Positions 29,741 through 39,352 of a stretch of DNA of 64,000 bases are shown piece after piece; position 1 is the first letter of the stretch; every line of letters begins with the position of its first letter. The notes beneath the pieces were generated by a model. It was not told the origin of the DNA and searched no databases. It saw nothing but the letters and a program-made list of their open reading frames with translations. The position numbers and the translations under genes are program-made. The stretch spans positions 384,001-448,000 of the forward strand of contig CBDCRP010000002.1 in assembly GCA_965221165.1 (NCBI GenBank), written 5' to 3'. Source of the DNA: a bacterium. Lineage in GTDB: Bacteria; UBA8248.

Positions 29741-30874
29741 ATGAGTAACGTGGAATTCGCCTGTATCGACTGCGGGGAGGAATACCCCCCGAATCTCCCC
29801 CGCTGGCGGTGCGCCTGCGGCGGGCCTCTGGAGGTGGAGCCGAGCGGCATCTTCACGCGTGAATCCTTAAGCTCCCGCCCCGCCACCCTCTGGCGCTACA
29901 GAGAGGCGATTCCCATAGCTGCGGATGAGAACATCGTCAGCATGAACGAGGGCATGACGCCGCTCGTTCCCCTCGTTCTTTCGGATATGGAAATTCTCTG
30001 CAAGCTCGATTTCCTGTTCCCCACCGGCTCGTTCAAGGATCGGGGCGCCACCGTGCTCATGAGCAAGATAAAGGAGTGGGGACTCACGCAAGTGCTGATG
30101 GATTCTTCGGGCAACGCCGCCGCCGCCGTCTCCGCCTACGCGGCGCGCGCAGGCGTCGAATGCGATATCTACGCGCCCGCTTCCACCTCCGCGGCCAAGT
30201 GCGCGCAAATCACCGCATACGGCGCGAATCTTCACAAAATACCCGGTCCCCGGGCCGCCTCCACAGACGCCGCCATGGAGGCCGCCAGGGAGCGCTTCTA
30301 TGCCTCACATTTCTGGAACCCCTGGTTCAACCACGGCACCAAGACCTGGGCGTTCGAGGTGTGGGAACAACTCGGCTTCCGTGCACCCGACGCCGTCGTC
30401 GCGCCGGCCGGACACGGCTCGGCGCTCATCGGCGCATACCTGGGCTTCTCGGAACTCCTCCGGGCCGGCTATATCGATAAACTTCCAAAAATCTTCGCCG
30501 CCCAGGCTATGAGGTGCGCGCCGATGGTGCGGATGTGGGAGGAAAACCTCGAAACCGTCCCCGAAATCACTCCTGAGGACACGCTGGCGGAAGGCATCTC
30601 CATCTCAGCGCCCGTCCGCTGGAAGCAGATGCGCGAGGCCGTGAGCGAGAGCGGGGGTTGTTTCATCGCTGTCGAGGACGCAACGCTCCCCTCCCTCCTC
30701 CGGGAGTTCGGCGGGAACGGCATCCTGATGGAGCCGACGAGCGCCGTCGCGTTCGCCGCGGCCCAACTCTTGAGAGAGCAAGGGAAGATCAAGGCGTCTG
30801 AAACGATAGTCGTTCCGGTGACGGGCCACGGCTTAAAGGCCGCCGACAAACTCGAAAAGATCATGAGTGTCTGA
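29741..30874 (+). CDS. thrC: Threonine synthase-like PLP enzyme
   Basis: N-terminal CxxC...CxC, EGMTPL, PTGSFKDRG, DSSGNAA, EPTSA, TGHGLK. Confidence 0.8.
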   Translation: MSNVEFACIDCGEEYPPNLPRWRCACGGPLEVEPSGIFTRESLSSRPATLWRYREAIPIAADENIVSMNEGMTPLVPLVLSDMEILCKLDFLFPTGSFKDRGATVLMSKIKEWGLTQVLMDSSGNAAAAVSAYAARAGVECDIYAPASTSAAKCAQITAYGANLHKIPGPRAASTDAAMEAARERFYASHFWNPWFNHGTKTWAFEVWEQLGFRAPDAVVAPAGHGSALIGAYLGFSELLRAGYIDKLPKIFAAQAMRCAPMVRMWEENLETVPEITPEDTLAEGISISAPVRWKQMREAVSESGGCFIAVEDATLPSLLREFGGNGILMEPTSAVAFAAAQLLREQGKIKASETIVVPVTGHGLKAADKLEKIMSV

Positions 30875-31599
30875 TGGATTTTCGCCGCACCGACAAGACC
30901 AGGGGAGCCTATTTTCGCCAGGGCATGAAACACTGCGTCCAGGCCCCCGGCATCGGGCTTTTCGCCGCCATGTCGGGCTTCGGCGCCCTCGCCAAGGAGA
31001 GCGGCGTGTCGCTCCTGATCGCGTTGGGCATGACGGGCGGCTTGTGGAGCACGCCGGGCCAGGTGGCCTTCGTGGAGTTGTTCGCCACGGGCATCGGGGG
31101 AGTCGCGCTCATCGCCTCGGTCACCATCGCCAACGTGCGGATGTTCCCCTTGACCATCGCCACCATGCCGCTCCTGAGAGCCCGGCCGGGTCTGCAGCCC
31201 GTGCAATTCTGGATAGCCCACGTCAATTCGGTCACCTCCTTCGTCCAGGTCGTCGAGATGAGCCACCACGTCTCGGACAGGAGCCTGCGCACCGCCTATT
31301 TCTTCGGATTCACGACGGCCACGATGTCCCTGGGGCTTCTCGGCACCACGTTCGGCTACACGATGGCCTACCAGTTGCCCGGCGTGGTGGGCCAATCGCT
31401 GGTGTTCATCACGCCGCTGTACATGCTGCTGCTGGCCGCCCAGAGCAGCCAGCGATCGGTTCAGTTGTCGGTGGTTTTAGGCTGCGCGCTCGTGCCCCTG
31501 GGATACCTGGCCTCCACCAACTGGGGGCTTCTCACGGGCGGCGTCCTGGCCGGAACGCTCGCCTTCGCGGTCGACAGAGCGAGGAAGCGCCATGCCTGA
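30874..31599 (+). CDS. AzlC-family exporter permease
   Basis: Hydrophobic; PGQVA, ANVRMFP motifs; coupled to an AzlD-like gene. Confidence 0.78.
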   Translation: MDFRRTDKTRGAYFRQGMKHCVQAPGIGLFAAMSGFGALAKESGVSLLIALGMTGGLWSTPGQVAFVELFATGIGGVALIASVTIANVRMFPLTIATMPLLRARPGLQPVQFWIAHVNSVTSFVQVVEMSHHVSDRSLRTAYFFGFTTATMSLGLLGTTFGYTMAYQLPGVVGQSLVFITPLYMLLLAAQSSQRSVQLSVVLGCALVPLGYLASTNWGLLTGGVLAGTLAFAVDRARKRHA

Positions 31600-31924
31600 C
31601 GCCGCGAGTCTGCTGGGAATCGCCATCGTCTGCACCTATTCCTGGCGGTGGATGGGCGTGCTCATCGCGGGGCGGATAGATGACGACAGCCCCGTCTTCG
31701 AGTGGGTGACCTGCGTGGCCTACGCCATCGCCACCGGCCTGATGATGAAGATCATCCTGCTCCCCGGCGGCGCGCTCACCGAGACGCATCTCATCGACCG
31801 CCTCGCGGGTCTGGCCGTCTGCATGGGTGTATTCTATTCTTTGGGAAAAAACCTGCTCGCGGGCCTTGGCGCGGGCGTGTGCGTTTTCATGCTGTTTCCG
31901 GGCTTGCGGAGCCTGCTGTTTTAA
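31592..31924 (+). CDS. AzlD-family small membrane protein
   Basis: TYSWRWMG, WVTCVAYA; 110 aa, hydrophobic, overlaps the azlC-like gene. Confidence 0.75.
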   Translation: MPDAASLLGIAIVCTYSWRWMGVLIAGRIDDDSPVFEWVTCVAYAIATGLMMKIILLPGGALTETHLIDRLAGLAVCMGVFYSLGKNLLAGLGAGVCVFMLFPGLRSLLF

Positions 31925-31953
31925 CGTCGAGCGAACACGAGAGGAGAAAAACC

Positions 31954-32787
31954 ATGGACACCACCCCTTGGGCGCATGAGAAAAGCTGGCGCGAGGTGCG
32001 CGAATATTTAGGTTCCGGCCAAGACTTGGCCCTCCTGCCCGTGGGAAGCGTGGAGCAGCACGGCCCGCACATGCCCATGGGCCACGACGCGTTCGCCGCG
32101 CACTACGTCGCTCGAGACGCGGGGCAGCGGGCGGGCGTTCTGGTCTACCCCACCCTCTGGTACGGGTGGAGCAACAACCACATGGCGCTTCCGGGCACGA
32201 TAACGCTCAGGCCCGAAACCCTGACCGCCATAGTGACCGACATCATCGCGAGCATCCTCTACCACGGCTTCAACCGGGTGATCGTGGTGAACGGGCACAG
32301 AAGGGGCAACCTGGCGCCGCTCGAAATCGCCGTCAACCAGATGCGGCAGAAGACGGGGGCCGCGGTCGCCGTGGTGGACGTGGGCATCATCGCCTTCGAC
32401 AAGGTGGCGGAAATCAGGACGACTCCCCCCGGCGGCGTGGGCCACGCGGACGAGCTGGAAACCTCGCACGCGCTTCACATGTATCCCCACCTCGTGCATC
32501 AGGAAAAAGCCACGCCCCGGATGTCCAACCCCAACCCTGATTGGATGACGGCGCACCACATCACGGACCCGGCGGTGGACGCCCCCCGGTTTTTTTACCC
32601 CAAAACGGTGGGCGAATACGGGGCCGAGATTGGAGACCAGGGGCAATCCGGCGACCCGACGGCGGCGTCGGTGGAAAAAGGGCGCGCCTTCCACGAGGCC
32701 GTGGTGGAAAGGCTCATCGGGGTTATCGAGTACCTGAAAACGCGGGAGGTGAACGTCCACCACAGGCCCGCGCCGTTCGATGATTAA
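31954..32787 (+). CDS. Creatininase family amidohydrolase
   Basis: LPVGSVEQHGPHMPMGHD, HMALPGT, NGH, GHADELETS; ATG 31954 after GAGGAG. Confidence 0.9.
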   Translation: MDTTPWAHEKSWREVREYLGSGQDLALLPVGSVEQHGPHMPMGHDAFAAHYVARDAGQRAGVLVYPTLWYGWSNNHMALPGTITLRPETLTAIVTDIIASILYHGFNRVIVVNGHRRGNLAPLEIAVNQMRQKTGAAVAVVDVGIIAFDKVAEIRTTPPGGVGHADELETSHALHMYPHLVHQEKATPRMSNPNPDWMTAHHITDPAVDAPRFFYPKTVGEYGAEIGDQGQSGDPTAASVEKGRAFHEAVVERLIGVIEYLKTREVNVHHRPAPFDD

Positions 32788-32830
32788 GGGCGCGAAACCC
32801 AGGATTTTTCACCAATACGGGAGAATAAGG

Positions 32831-34009
32831 TTGCCTAGAAAAAGAGTAGGAAATTCCTTCATGGGCTACAAACGGCCGAGCGGCCCGCCCGGGGCCAGGA
32901 ACCACCTCGCCGTCGTGAGCGCGATGGACAACGCCAATCCCCTGGCGCGCCGGATCGGAAAACTCCTGCGCGAGGCGGTTATCGTGAACACCACTTTTGG
33001 CCGAAACCTCTTTGGGGATGATGAGAGGCAGCACTACCGGGTGATGGGCCGCACGGCGGGCCACCCGAACGTGGGGGCGGCCATCGTCGTGAGCCTGGAA
33101 CCCAAGAGCGCGCAGGACGTGGCCGACGTGGCGGCGGAGGCATCGCCCTGGATGCCCATCGAGACCCTCACCATCCACGAGACGGGCGGCACGCTACAGA
33201 CGGCGGCGCGCGGAGTGGAAATCGCCCAGAAATTGTATCAACACTTAAGCGCCGCAAGACGCAGGCGGTGTGATCTGTCCGAGGTCACCCTCGGCACGGA
33301 ATGCGGCGGCTCCGACACCACGAGCGGGCTGGTGGCCAACCCGGTCACCGGGGTCTTGGCGGACAGAATCGTGGACCAAGGCGGCGTCGTGCTTTTTTCG
33401 GAAACCATGGAAATCGTCGGCGCCGAGCATCTTCTCGCCAGACGGGCGGCGAACGCCAAAGTGCGGAAAAAACTGCTGGGAGCGGTCGCGCGCACGATGG
33501 ACTACGCCCACGGGATGGGTATGGACATCATCGGCTGCAACCCGACGGAGGACAACATTCAGGGCGGTCTTTCCTCGATTGAAGAAAAAAGCCTGGGCGC
33601 GGTGAAAAAAGCGGGCACGCGCGATATCGTGGACGTCATCGTTCCGGGCGAGCGGGCGACAGAGCGCGGCTGCGTCTTCCTGGACGCTCCCAGCGCGGGG
33701 GTCGAGAACGTCACCGCGCTGGCGGCGTGCGGGTCGCAGGCCATCGTATTCAACACGGGGAACGGAAACCCCATCGGCCATCCCGTCTCCCCCACCATCA
33801 AGGTGACGGCCAACCCCCGGACGGCCGCGCGCATGGCGGAGAACACCGATCTGGACATCAGCGGCGTCATGCGCGGCGAGCTCTCAAAGGATGAGGCCGT
33901 GGACCTCCTGCACGAGGAGTTAATCGCCGTTTTGAGCGGAAAGCGGACGAGGGCGGAAATTCTGGAGGAAACGGAAATCACCGTGAGCCGCCTGGCGCTT
34001 AATTTATAA
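32831..34009 (+). CDS. UxaA/GarD/SuyB-family dehydratase or lyase, large subunit
   Basis: FMGYKR..G..GARN, HPNVGA, ECGGSDTTSG, GGLSSIEEKSLG, PTIKV; start approximate. Confidence 0.87.
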   Translation: MPRKRVGNSFMGYKRPSGPPGARNHLAVVSAMDNANPLARRIGKLLREAVIVNTTFGRNLFGDDERQHYRVMGRTAGHPNVGAAIVVSLEPKSAQDVADVAAEASPWMPIETLTIHETGGTLQTAARGVEIAQKLYQHLSAARRRRCDLSEVTLGTECGGSDTTSGLVANPVTGVLADRIVDQGGVVLFSETMEIVGAEHLLARRAANAKVRKKLLGAVARTMDYAHGMGMDIIGCNPTEDNIQGGLSSIEEKSLGAVKKAGTRDIVDVIVPGERATERGCVFLDAPSAGVENVTALAACGSQAIVFNTGNGNPIGHPVSPTIKVTANPRTAARMAENTDLDISGVMRGELSKDEAVDLLHEELIAVLSGKRTRAEILEETEITVSRLALNL

Positions 34010-34091
34010 CTTTCTCATCGAGCCTCCCCGGACGTAATGGCTCCGTGGCAGGCGTGGAGCAACGGTTTTTCAACCAGATAGGAGTTTTTTC

Positions 34092-35297
34092 ATGAACAGC
34101 GCCATCGCACCAGTTCCCGTGGATGGGGACTACGTCGTCAGCCTCGCTCAGGAGTTGATCCGGATACCGGCGGAAAACCCGCCGGGGGACTGCTCCGCCA
34201 TGGCCGAGCGCATTCTCGCGGAACTAAAAGCCATCGGCGTCGATGACGTCACCACCCATGAATACGAGCCGGGAATGCCCAACTTTATCATCAAAACCGG
34301 CGACGGCGGCCCGGGCGGGCATTTCGTCATCGGCGGCCACATGGACACCGTACCCGTTCACCCGGACGAGGTGGAAGCCTGGCAGGTTCCCCCCTTCAGC
34401 GGCGAACTCAAAAACGGTGAAATCTGGGGACGCGGCGCCGCCGACATGAAGGGCGCGCTCGCCTCGACCATCGGCGCGCTCAAGGCCTTAGAAGAAGAGA
34501 AAATCCCCCTGAAAGGCACTCTCACCTGGGTCCTGCTCTCGGACGGGGAAAAGGGCGACTACTACGGCGCGCAATCGCTCGTGAACAACGGCGTTTTAAG
34601 GGAACTAGACGGCGACATGGTGCTCTACACCGAATCGACGGGCAACAACATCATCCGCTCCTTCAAGGGGCGGGTGTTCTTCGAGGTGAAGGTGCGGGGC
34701 CGCTCGGTGCACGTGAGCGTGCCTGAGAAGGGGATCAACGCCATCGAGAAAATGGCCAAAATCATCGGCGCATTCAGGGCGGAGCGCATCGCCCCGCCGC
34801 CGCACCCCTTCCTGGGGCCGGGCACTTTGGCTTTTTCCACCATCAAGGGGGGTTCCGCGGTGAACGTGGTGGGCGGGCGATGCAGCGCCACCTTCGACGT
34901 GCGCATGCTGCCGGGGCAAACCTCTGCGGGCGTCAAGGAGAAGTTAGAAGGCATTCTGGCCGAACTCGCGGGGGATGATCCTGAATTCGACGCATCGGTG
35001 GAGATAATGCCCAGCGGGGCGCGCGAGGTGACCGAAATCGCTGAAGACGAACCCGTCGTCCGGCTCATGCGGGAGGTCGTCCCCGCCGTGCGCGGCAGGC
35101 CGAACGAGTATCTGCCCGGCATCGAATCCCCGGGGGCGCTCAGGCTCTTCATCGAGAACGGGATTCCGGGGGTCTTCTTCGGCCCCGGCGAGTTTATCTC
35201 TGAAGCGCATCTGCCCAACGAGCGCGTGCCCGCGCAAAACCTCATCGACGCCGCCGGCATGTTCGCCACCGCCGCAAAGGCGCACTGCAACGGGTGA
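34092..35297 (+). CDS. M20 family metallopeptidase/deacylase (ArgE/DapE-like)
   Basis: GHMDTVP, GRGAADMKG, G.NAI, FGPG...AHLPNE. Confidence 0.88.
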   Translation: MNSAIAPVPVDGDYVVSLAQELIRIPAENPPGDCSAMAERILAELKAIGVDDVTTHEYEPGMPNFIIKTGDGGPGGHFVIGGHMDTVPVHPDEVEAWQVPPFSGELKNGEIWGRGAADMKGALASTIGALKALEEEKIPLKGTLTWVLLSDGEKGDYYGAQSLVNNGVLRELDGDMVLYTESTGNNIIRSFKGRVFFEVKVRGRSVHVSVPEKGINAIEKMAKIIGAFRAERIAPPPHPFLGPGTLAFSTIKGGSAVNVVGGRCSATFDVRMLPGQTSAGVKEKLEGILAELAGDDPEFDASVEIMPSGAREVTEIAEDEPVVRLMREVVPAVRGRPNEYLPGIESPGALRLFIENGIPGVFFGPGEFISEAHLPNERVPAQNLIDAAGMFATAAKAHCNG

Positions 35298-35317
35298 AAA
35301 AGGGGTTGAAATAGCCC

Positions 35318-35345
35318 GTAGGGGCGGTTCGCGAACCGCCTCTGC
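35318..35345. repeat. GTAG-type REP palindrome
   Basis: GTAGGGGCGGTTCGCGAACCGCCTCTGC between convergent genes. Confidence 0.75.
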
Positions 35346-35421
35346 TAATCCGCGTCCTCGCGCCTGAGAAATTCCACCTTGAACCGAACCATTCCGAGGA
35401 GTTCCACGCGGTCGTATTGAT

Positions 35422-36219
35422 TCAGGAATTTCTGTGCGCCAGTATCTCCCAGGAGATGCTGAACAGGAACAGCACCGAGGCCGCCACGACGACTGATGGC
35501 CCCGCGGGCGTATTCCATTCGATGGACGCCCATAGACCGATGATCACCGCGGCGATGCCCGCCAGGATCGCGAAGCCCGCCATTTGCTCGGGCGTTTTGG
35601 AGAATCGCCTCGCTATCGCCGCCGGTATGATGAGCATCGAGGTGATCAGCAAAATCCCGATCAGTTTCATGGCGATGGCGATGACGAAGGCGATCAGGAG
35701 CATGAAGGTGAGCTGGACGCCGAAAGTCTGGACGCCCTCTGCTCCCGCGAGTTCTTCATGCACCGTGATGGCGAGAAGGTCGCGCCAAATCCACGCGAGG
35801 GCACACAACGCCGCCGCGCCGCCGGTGTAGATCCACCACAAATCCACCGGGCCGACCGCGAGGATATCCCCGAACAGGTAGCCCATCAGGTCCACCCGGA
35901 GCGTTTCCATCAGGCTGGCGGCGATGATGCCGACCGAAAGCGCCGTGTGCGAGAGAACACCCAGCAGCGTATCGGTGGGAAGTTTCTTCTGGCTCTGTAG
36001 CAGGAGGAGCACCAGCGCGAGACTGATGCAGGCGGCCAAGGTGCCGAGCCTCAAGTCGATCCCGAAGGCGAACCCGAGCGCCACGCCGAGCAGGGCGGTA
36101 TGGGCCAGGGAGTCTCCGAAATAGGCCATCTTGCGCCAGACGATGAAACAACCGACGGGACCCGTGACCATGGCGACGCCGACTCCGCCCATGAGTCCTC
36201 TGAGCATAAAATCCTCCAT
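35422..36219 (-). CDS. znuB: Zinc ABC transporter permease
   Basis: GCFIVWRKMAYFGDSLAH, DLMGYLFGDIL. Confidence 0.92.
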   Translation of the reverse strand: MEDFMLRGLMGGVGVAMVTGPVGCFIVWRKMAYFGDSLAHTALLGVALGFAFGIDLRLGTLAACISLALVLLLLQSQKKLPTDTLLGVLSHTALSVGIIAASLMETLRVDLMGYLFGDILAVGPVDLWWIYTGGAAALCALAWIWRDLLAITVHEELAGAEGVQTFGVQLTFMLLIAFVIAIAMKLIGILLITSMLIIPAAIARRFSKTPEQMAGFAILAGIAAVIIGLWASIEWNTPAGPSVVVAASVLFLFSISWEILAHRNS

Positions 36220-37007
36220 CAGGCATCCCCTCGGGAGTGATGGTGGGTCACATCCGGCTTCAGGGGGAGGATCTCTCCCTCCGGCCCGTGAACGTGGTCG
36301 TGGTCGTGCGTGTAAATGGCCAGACTCTCCGCCGCTTGCGTTCCGAACAGGACCAGGTATTCGGGATGTTTGCTCACGGCTTCGGGATGCCCGGAACAGC
36401 AGACGTGCTTGTTGAGGCACACCACGCGGTCGGTGAACGCCATGACGACGTGGAGGTCGTGCGATATCATGAGGACGCCGCAGCCCCTGTCGTTCCTGAT
36501 CTTCGCGATGAGGTTGTAGAGTTCGGCTTGGCCGGTGATGTCCACGTTCTGGATGGGTTCGTCGAGAACGAGGAGGTCGGGGTTTCGCAACAGGGCGCGC
36601 GCGAGCAGGACGCGTTGGCGCTCGCCGCCGGAGAGACTCTGAACGGGTTGCTCGAGCATGCCTGCGGCGCCCACCTCCTCTAGGTGCTCCTCCATCTGCT
36701 TGCGCGATGGTTTTTGGGTGAGGCTGAGCAGTCTGCGTACGGTGAGAGGAAACGAGGGGTCCACCACGAACACCTGTGGCACGTAGCCTATCGTGAGACC
36801 CTCTTTGCGGTGGATTTCACCCGAATCGGGCTTGAGCAGCCCGAGCAATAAACGGACGAGCGTGGTTTTGCCCGCGCCGTTGGGTCCTACGAGGGTGAGA
36901 ACTTCATTCGCCGATATTTCGAGGTCGACGTTTTGGAGAATCAGCCCCGCGCCGAAGCTCAGGTGGATGTTTTTCGCGGAGATGAGAGGGGGTCGCCCGC
37001 TAATCAT
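36219..37007 (-). CDS. znuC: Zinc ABC transporter ATPase
   Basis: GPNGAGKTT, LSGGERQR, HVCCSGHP, His-rich tail YTHDHDHVH. Confidence 0.92.
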   Translation of the reverse strand: MISGRPPLISAKNIHLSFGAGLILQNVDLEISANEVLTLVGPNGAGKTTLVRLLLGLLKPDSGEIHRKEGLTIGYVPQVFVVDPSFPLTVRRLLSLTQKPSRKQMEEHLEEVGAAGMLEQPVQSLSGGERQRVLLARALLRNPDLLVLDEPIQNVDITGQAELYNLIAKIRNDRGCGVLMISHDLHVVMAFTDRVVCLNKHVCCSGHPEAVSKHPEYLVLFGTQAAESLAIYTHDHDHVHGPEGEILPLKPDVTHHHSRGDA

Positions 37008-37485
37008 CGCTACACCCGGGGCACTGCCCGCTGATTTCCACGACGGGCGTTTCGACCTGAAAACCGGCCTGGATAGCGCTTGCTTCGATGGCCTCGCCGA
37101 TTTTTTCGCTATCCGTCTCGGCCACGCTTCCGCAATCACGGCAGATGAAGAACTGGGCTTTGTGGGCGTCCCCCGGCATGGCGCAGCCCACGAATGCGTT
37201 CAGGCTCTCGATGCGGTGGACGAGCCCATGGTTCAGGAGAAAATCCAGCGCCCGGTAGGCCGTGGGCGGGGCGTTTCGCTCACCGCCGGCGTTCATGCGC
37301 TCGAGCACGTCATACGCGCCCAGGGGCGCGTGGCTCTCCCAGATGATCTCCAGCACCCTGCGCCTGAGCGGCGTGAGCCTCACGCCTCGGGTCCGGCAAA
37401 GCGCTTCCGCCTGACTCAAGGCCTCCTCGATGCAGGCCCGGTGGTCGTGATCGGGGTCAGGGAAATGTTTTTTCGTGTCGGCCAT
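37000..37485 (-). CDS. zur: Zinc uptake regulator (Fur family)
   Basis: RLTPLRRRVL, PPTAYRALDFL, HRIESLNAF, CxxC...CxxC. Confidence 0.92.
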   Translation of the reverse strand: MADTKKHFPDPDHDHRACIEEALSQAEALCRTRGVRLTPLRRRVLEIIWESHAPLGAYDVLERMNAGGERNAPPTAYRALDFLLNHGLVHRIESLNAFVGCAMPGDAHKAQFFICRDCGSVAETDSEKIGEAIEASAIQAGFQVETPVVEISGQCPGCSDD

Positions 37486-37510
37486 ATAAAACTCCTTGAC
37501 GAGCCAAATT

Positions 37511-37533
37511 GCAACGTTATAATATAACATAAA
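37511..37533. promoter_or_regulatory. Zur box
   Basis: GCAACGTTATAATATAACATAAA contains palindrome GTTATA-A-TATAAC matching the proteobacterial Zur consensus TGTTATANTATAACA, between divergent zur-znuCB and znuA. Confidence 0.85.
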
Positions 37534-37571
37534 TTATCTTCTTTCAACCCCTGTTCTGAAAGGAAGCAGCG

Positions 37572-38561
37572 ATGAGACATGGACTCCTCGGGATGGCCCT
37601 CGCAATCGCCCTCTGTGCGCAACCCGTGCTCTTTGCGTCGGCGGCGCCCCGCGTGGTGGCCTCCATCAAACCGCTTCATTCGCTGGTCGCAGGCGTCATG
37701 AAGGGGATCGGTGAACCATATCTTTTGATGAAAGGCGCCGCCTCCCCGCATACATTTTCGCTGAAGCCATCGGACGCCAGAATGCTTGCGAGGGCGCGCG
37801 TGATTTTCTGGGTGGGCGATATCCTCTCAGCCGGGCTGGAACGGCCTCTCGAAACTCTTCCCAGAAAGGCGGAAGTCATCGCCCTGGGCGAAATGAAGGG
37901 CTTGGACGTAAGGAAGTTGAGGCTGAGAGAGGGCGGCTTGTGGGAGGGCCACGAGCAACATCATCACGGCGATGCTCACGATGAGGAGAAGCACAAAGAA
38001 GCGAAGCAGAAACACGGTGGTCACGATGCGGGCGATCATGAAAATTTCGATGCGCACATCTGGCTCGACCCCATGAATGCCCGCAAGTGGGTGGACGCCA
38101 TCGCCCATGAACTGGGAGAAGTGGATCCTGGGAACAAGAGAAAATACGAGGCGAACGCGCAGAATCTCAAGGCCCGCATCGACGGTTTGCATCGAGAACT
38201 TGCACGCACTCTCGAGCCTGTGAGGGGTGCTCCCTACATCGTTTTTCACGATGCGTATCAATACATGGAAAGACGCTACGGGCTGAACGCCATTGGTTCG
38301 GTGACGCTGTCGCCCGAGAAAAAACCGGGAACGGCGCGCCTGGTGGCGATACGCAAGAAGATCAGGGAATCGAAGTCGATTTGCGTGTTCACCGAGCCGC
38401 AGTTTCAGCCGAGGCTGGTGCAGATCATCATGGGGGGCACGGGAGCGAAAACCGGCGTGCTGGATTCTCTGGGAGCGAGCGTTCCCGCCGGGGATGATGC
38501 GTATTTCACCCTCATGCGCGCGATGGCGATATCTCTCAAGACCTGTCTTTCGGGAAAATAA
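37572..38561 (+). CDS. znuA: Zinc ABC transporter substrate-binding protein
   Basis: Signal peptide; VVASIKPLHSL, SPH, His-rich loop, HIWLDP, FHDAY. Confidence 0.93.
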   Translation: MRHGLLGMALAIALCAQPVLFASAAPRVVASIKPLHSLVAGVMKGIGEPYLLMKGAASPHTFSLKPSDARMLARARVIFWVGDILSAGLERPLETLPRKAEVIALGEMKGLDVRKLRLREGGLWEGHEQHHHGDAHDEEKHKEAKQKHGGHDAGDHENFDAHIWLDPMNARKWVDAIAHELGEVDPGNKRKYEANAQNLKARIDGLHRELARTLEPVRGAPYIVFHDAYQYMERRYGLNAIGSVTLSPEKKPGTARLVAIRKKIRESKSICVFTEPQFQPRLVQIIMGGTGAKTGVLDSLGASVPAGDDAYFTLMRAMAISLKTCLSGK

Positions 38562-38700
38562 TCTGAGGCGGCGTTTCCCGAGGATATAGAGCGAGCCTGC
38601 CCGCCACATTGTCTCGGGAGGCGCTCGCCGTCCCCCCGTAGCGGTAGCGTTTGCCGGCTATCGACGACGCGGCAGCCGGCCTTGAAATGACAGTTTCCTC

Positions 38701-39083
38701 GGCTTCCCTATCTCATCAGTCGGAATTGACCCGTAGGGGCGGCCCCTCCCCAGGACCGCCCCACAGGCCTGTGTGTCCGCCCGCCTCCGTGTACCCCTCC
38801 CCAGACAACCCCTCCCTGCCCGGCCGGGAATGAAATACCACCGTGTCCTCGTCCTCATCGGCTCTGGATTCCGCATGAAGGCATTGCGGAATGACGATCA
38901 GAGGCGGGATCGACCACCGCATCTCCCCGCATTTGCCGTAGCCGTGAAATTTTGGGTTCGGATATGGTGCGCGCGCGTGGCAACGCCACAAGCCCTCCTC
39001 GGGGCGGGGTGACCCTAAAGGATGGTCAATCCCTCTCTCCCTGGTCGGAATTGACCCTCCTTCTTCAGTCGGGTTTGATCCCC
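38701..39083. repeat. Second intergenic repeat cluster (REP remnants plus 13-nt-loop hairpins)
   Basis: Interrupted GTAGGGGCGG...GTGTCCGCCC REP at 38733-38782, CGTC-type GGATTCCGCA...TGCGGAATGACG near 38866-38896, tandem hairpins 39024-39080. Confidence 0.75.
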
Positions 39084-39132
39084 GCAAGAAAGGCTGGGTG
39101 TTCTCATGGACTCGGGTGAGAATGAAGAGTAA

Positions 39133-39198
39133 TGAAAATAATCATATTTTCTGAAAATATATGAAAATAGGTGAAAAATAGTGAAAATATATGAAAAT
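39133..39198. repeat. Phased TGAAAA(TA) repeats, 10-bp period, in an AT-rich island
   Basis: TGAAAA at 39133, 39152, 39162, 39172, 39182, 39192. Confidence 0.85.
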
Positions 39199-39352
39199 TT
39201 AATAGAAATGATAACATATTATGTTTCATATGTTTACGAACAATACATAAAGTAGAAAAGAAACGAATCTCGCCATTTTTCGCATTAAAAAAACTTTTTC
39301 GAACCCCTGCATTTGCCCGCATTTGCGGCGCCGGAGTCATGACGTCCTCCAT

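Noticed and set aside
38680-38722. Hammerhead-like CTGATGAG...GAAAC on the minus strand
   Set aside because: Stem II does not close (no G-C pair before GAAA) and stems I/III are not evident; CTGATGAG is part of the 13-nt loop motif.
39104-39352. 82-aa Phe/His/Ile-rich ORF
   Set aside because: Product of the phased TGAAAATA repeats; composition unlike the genuine genes.
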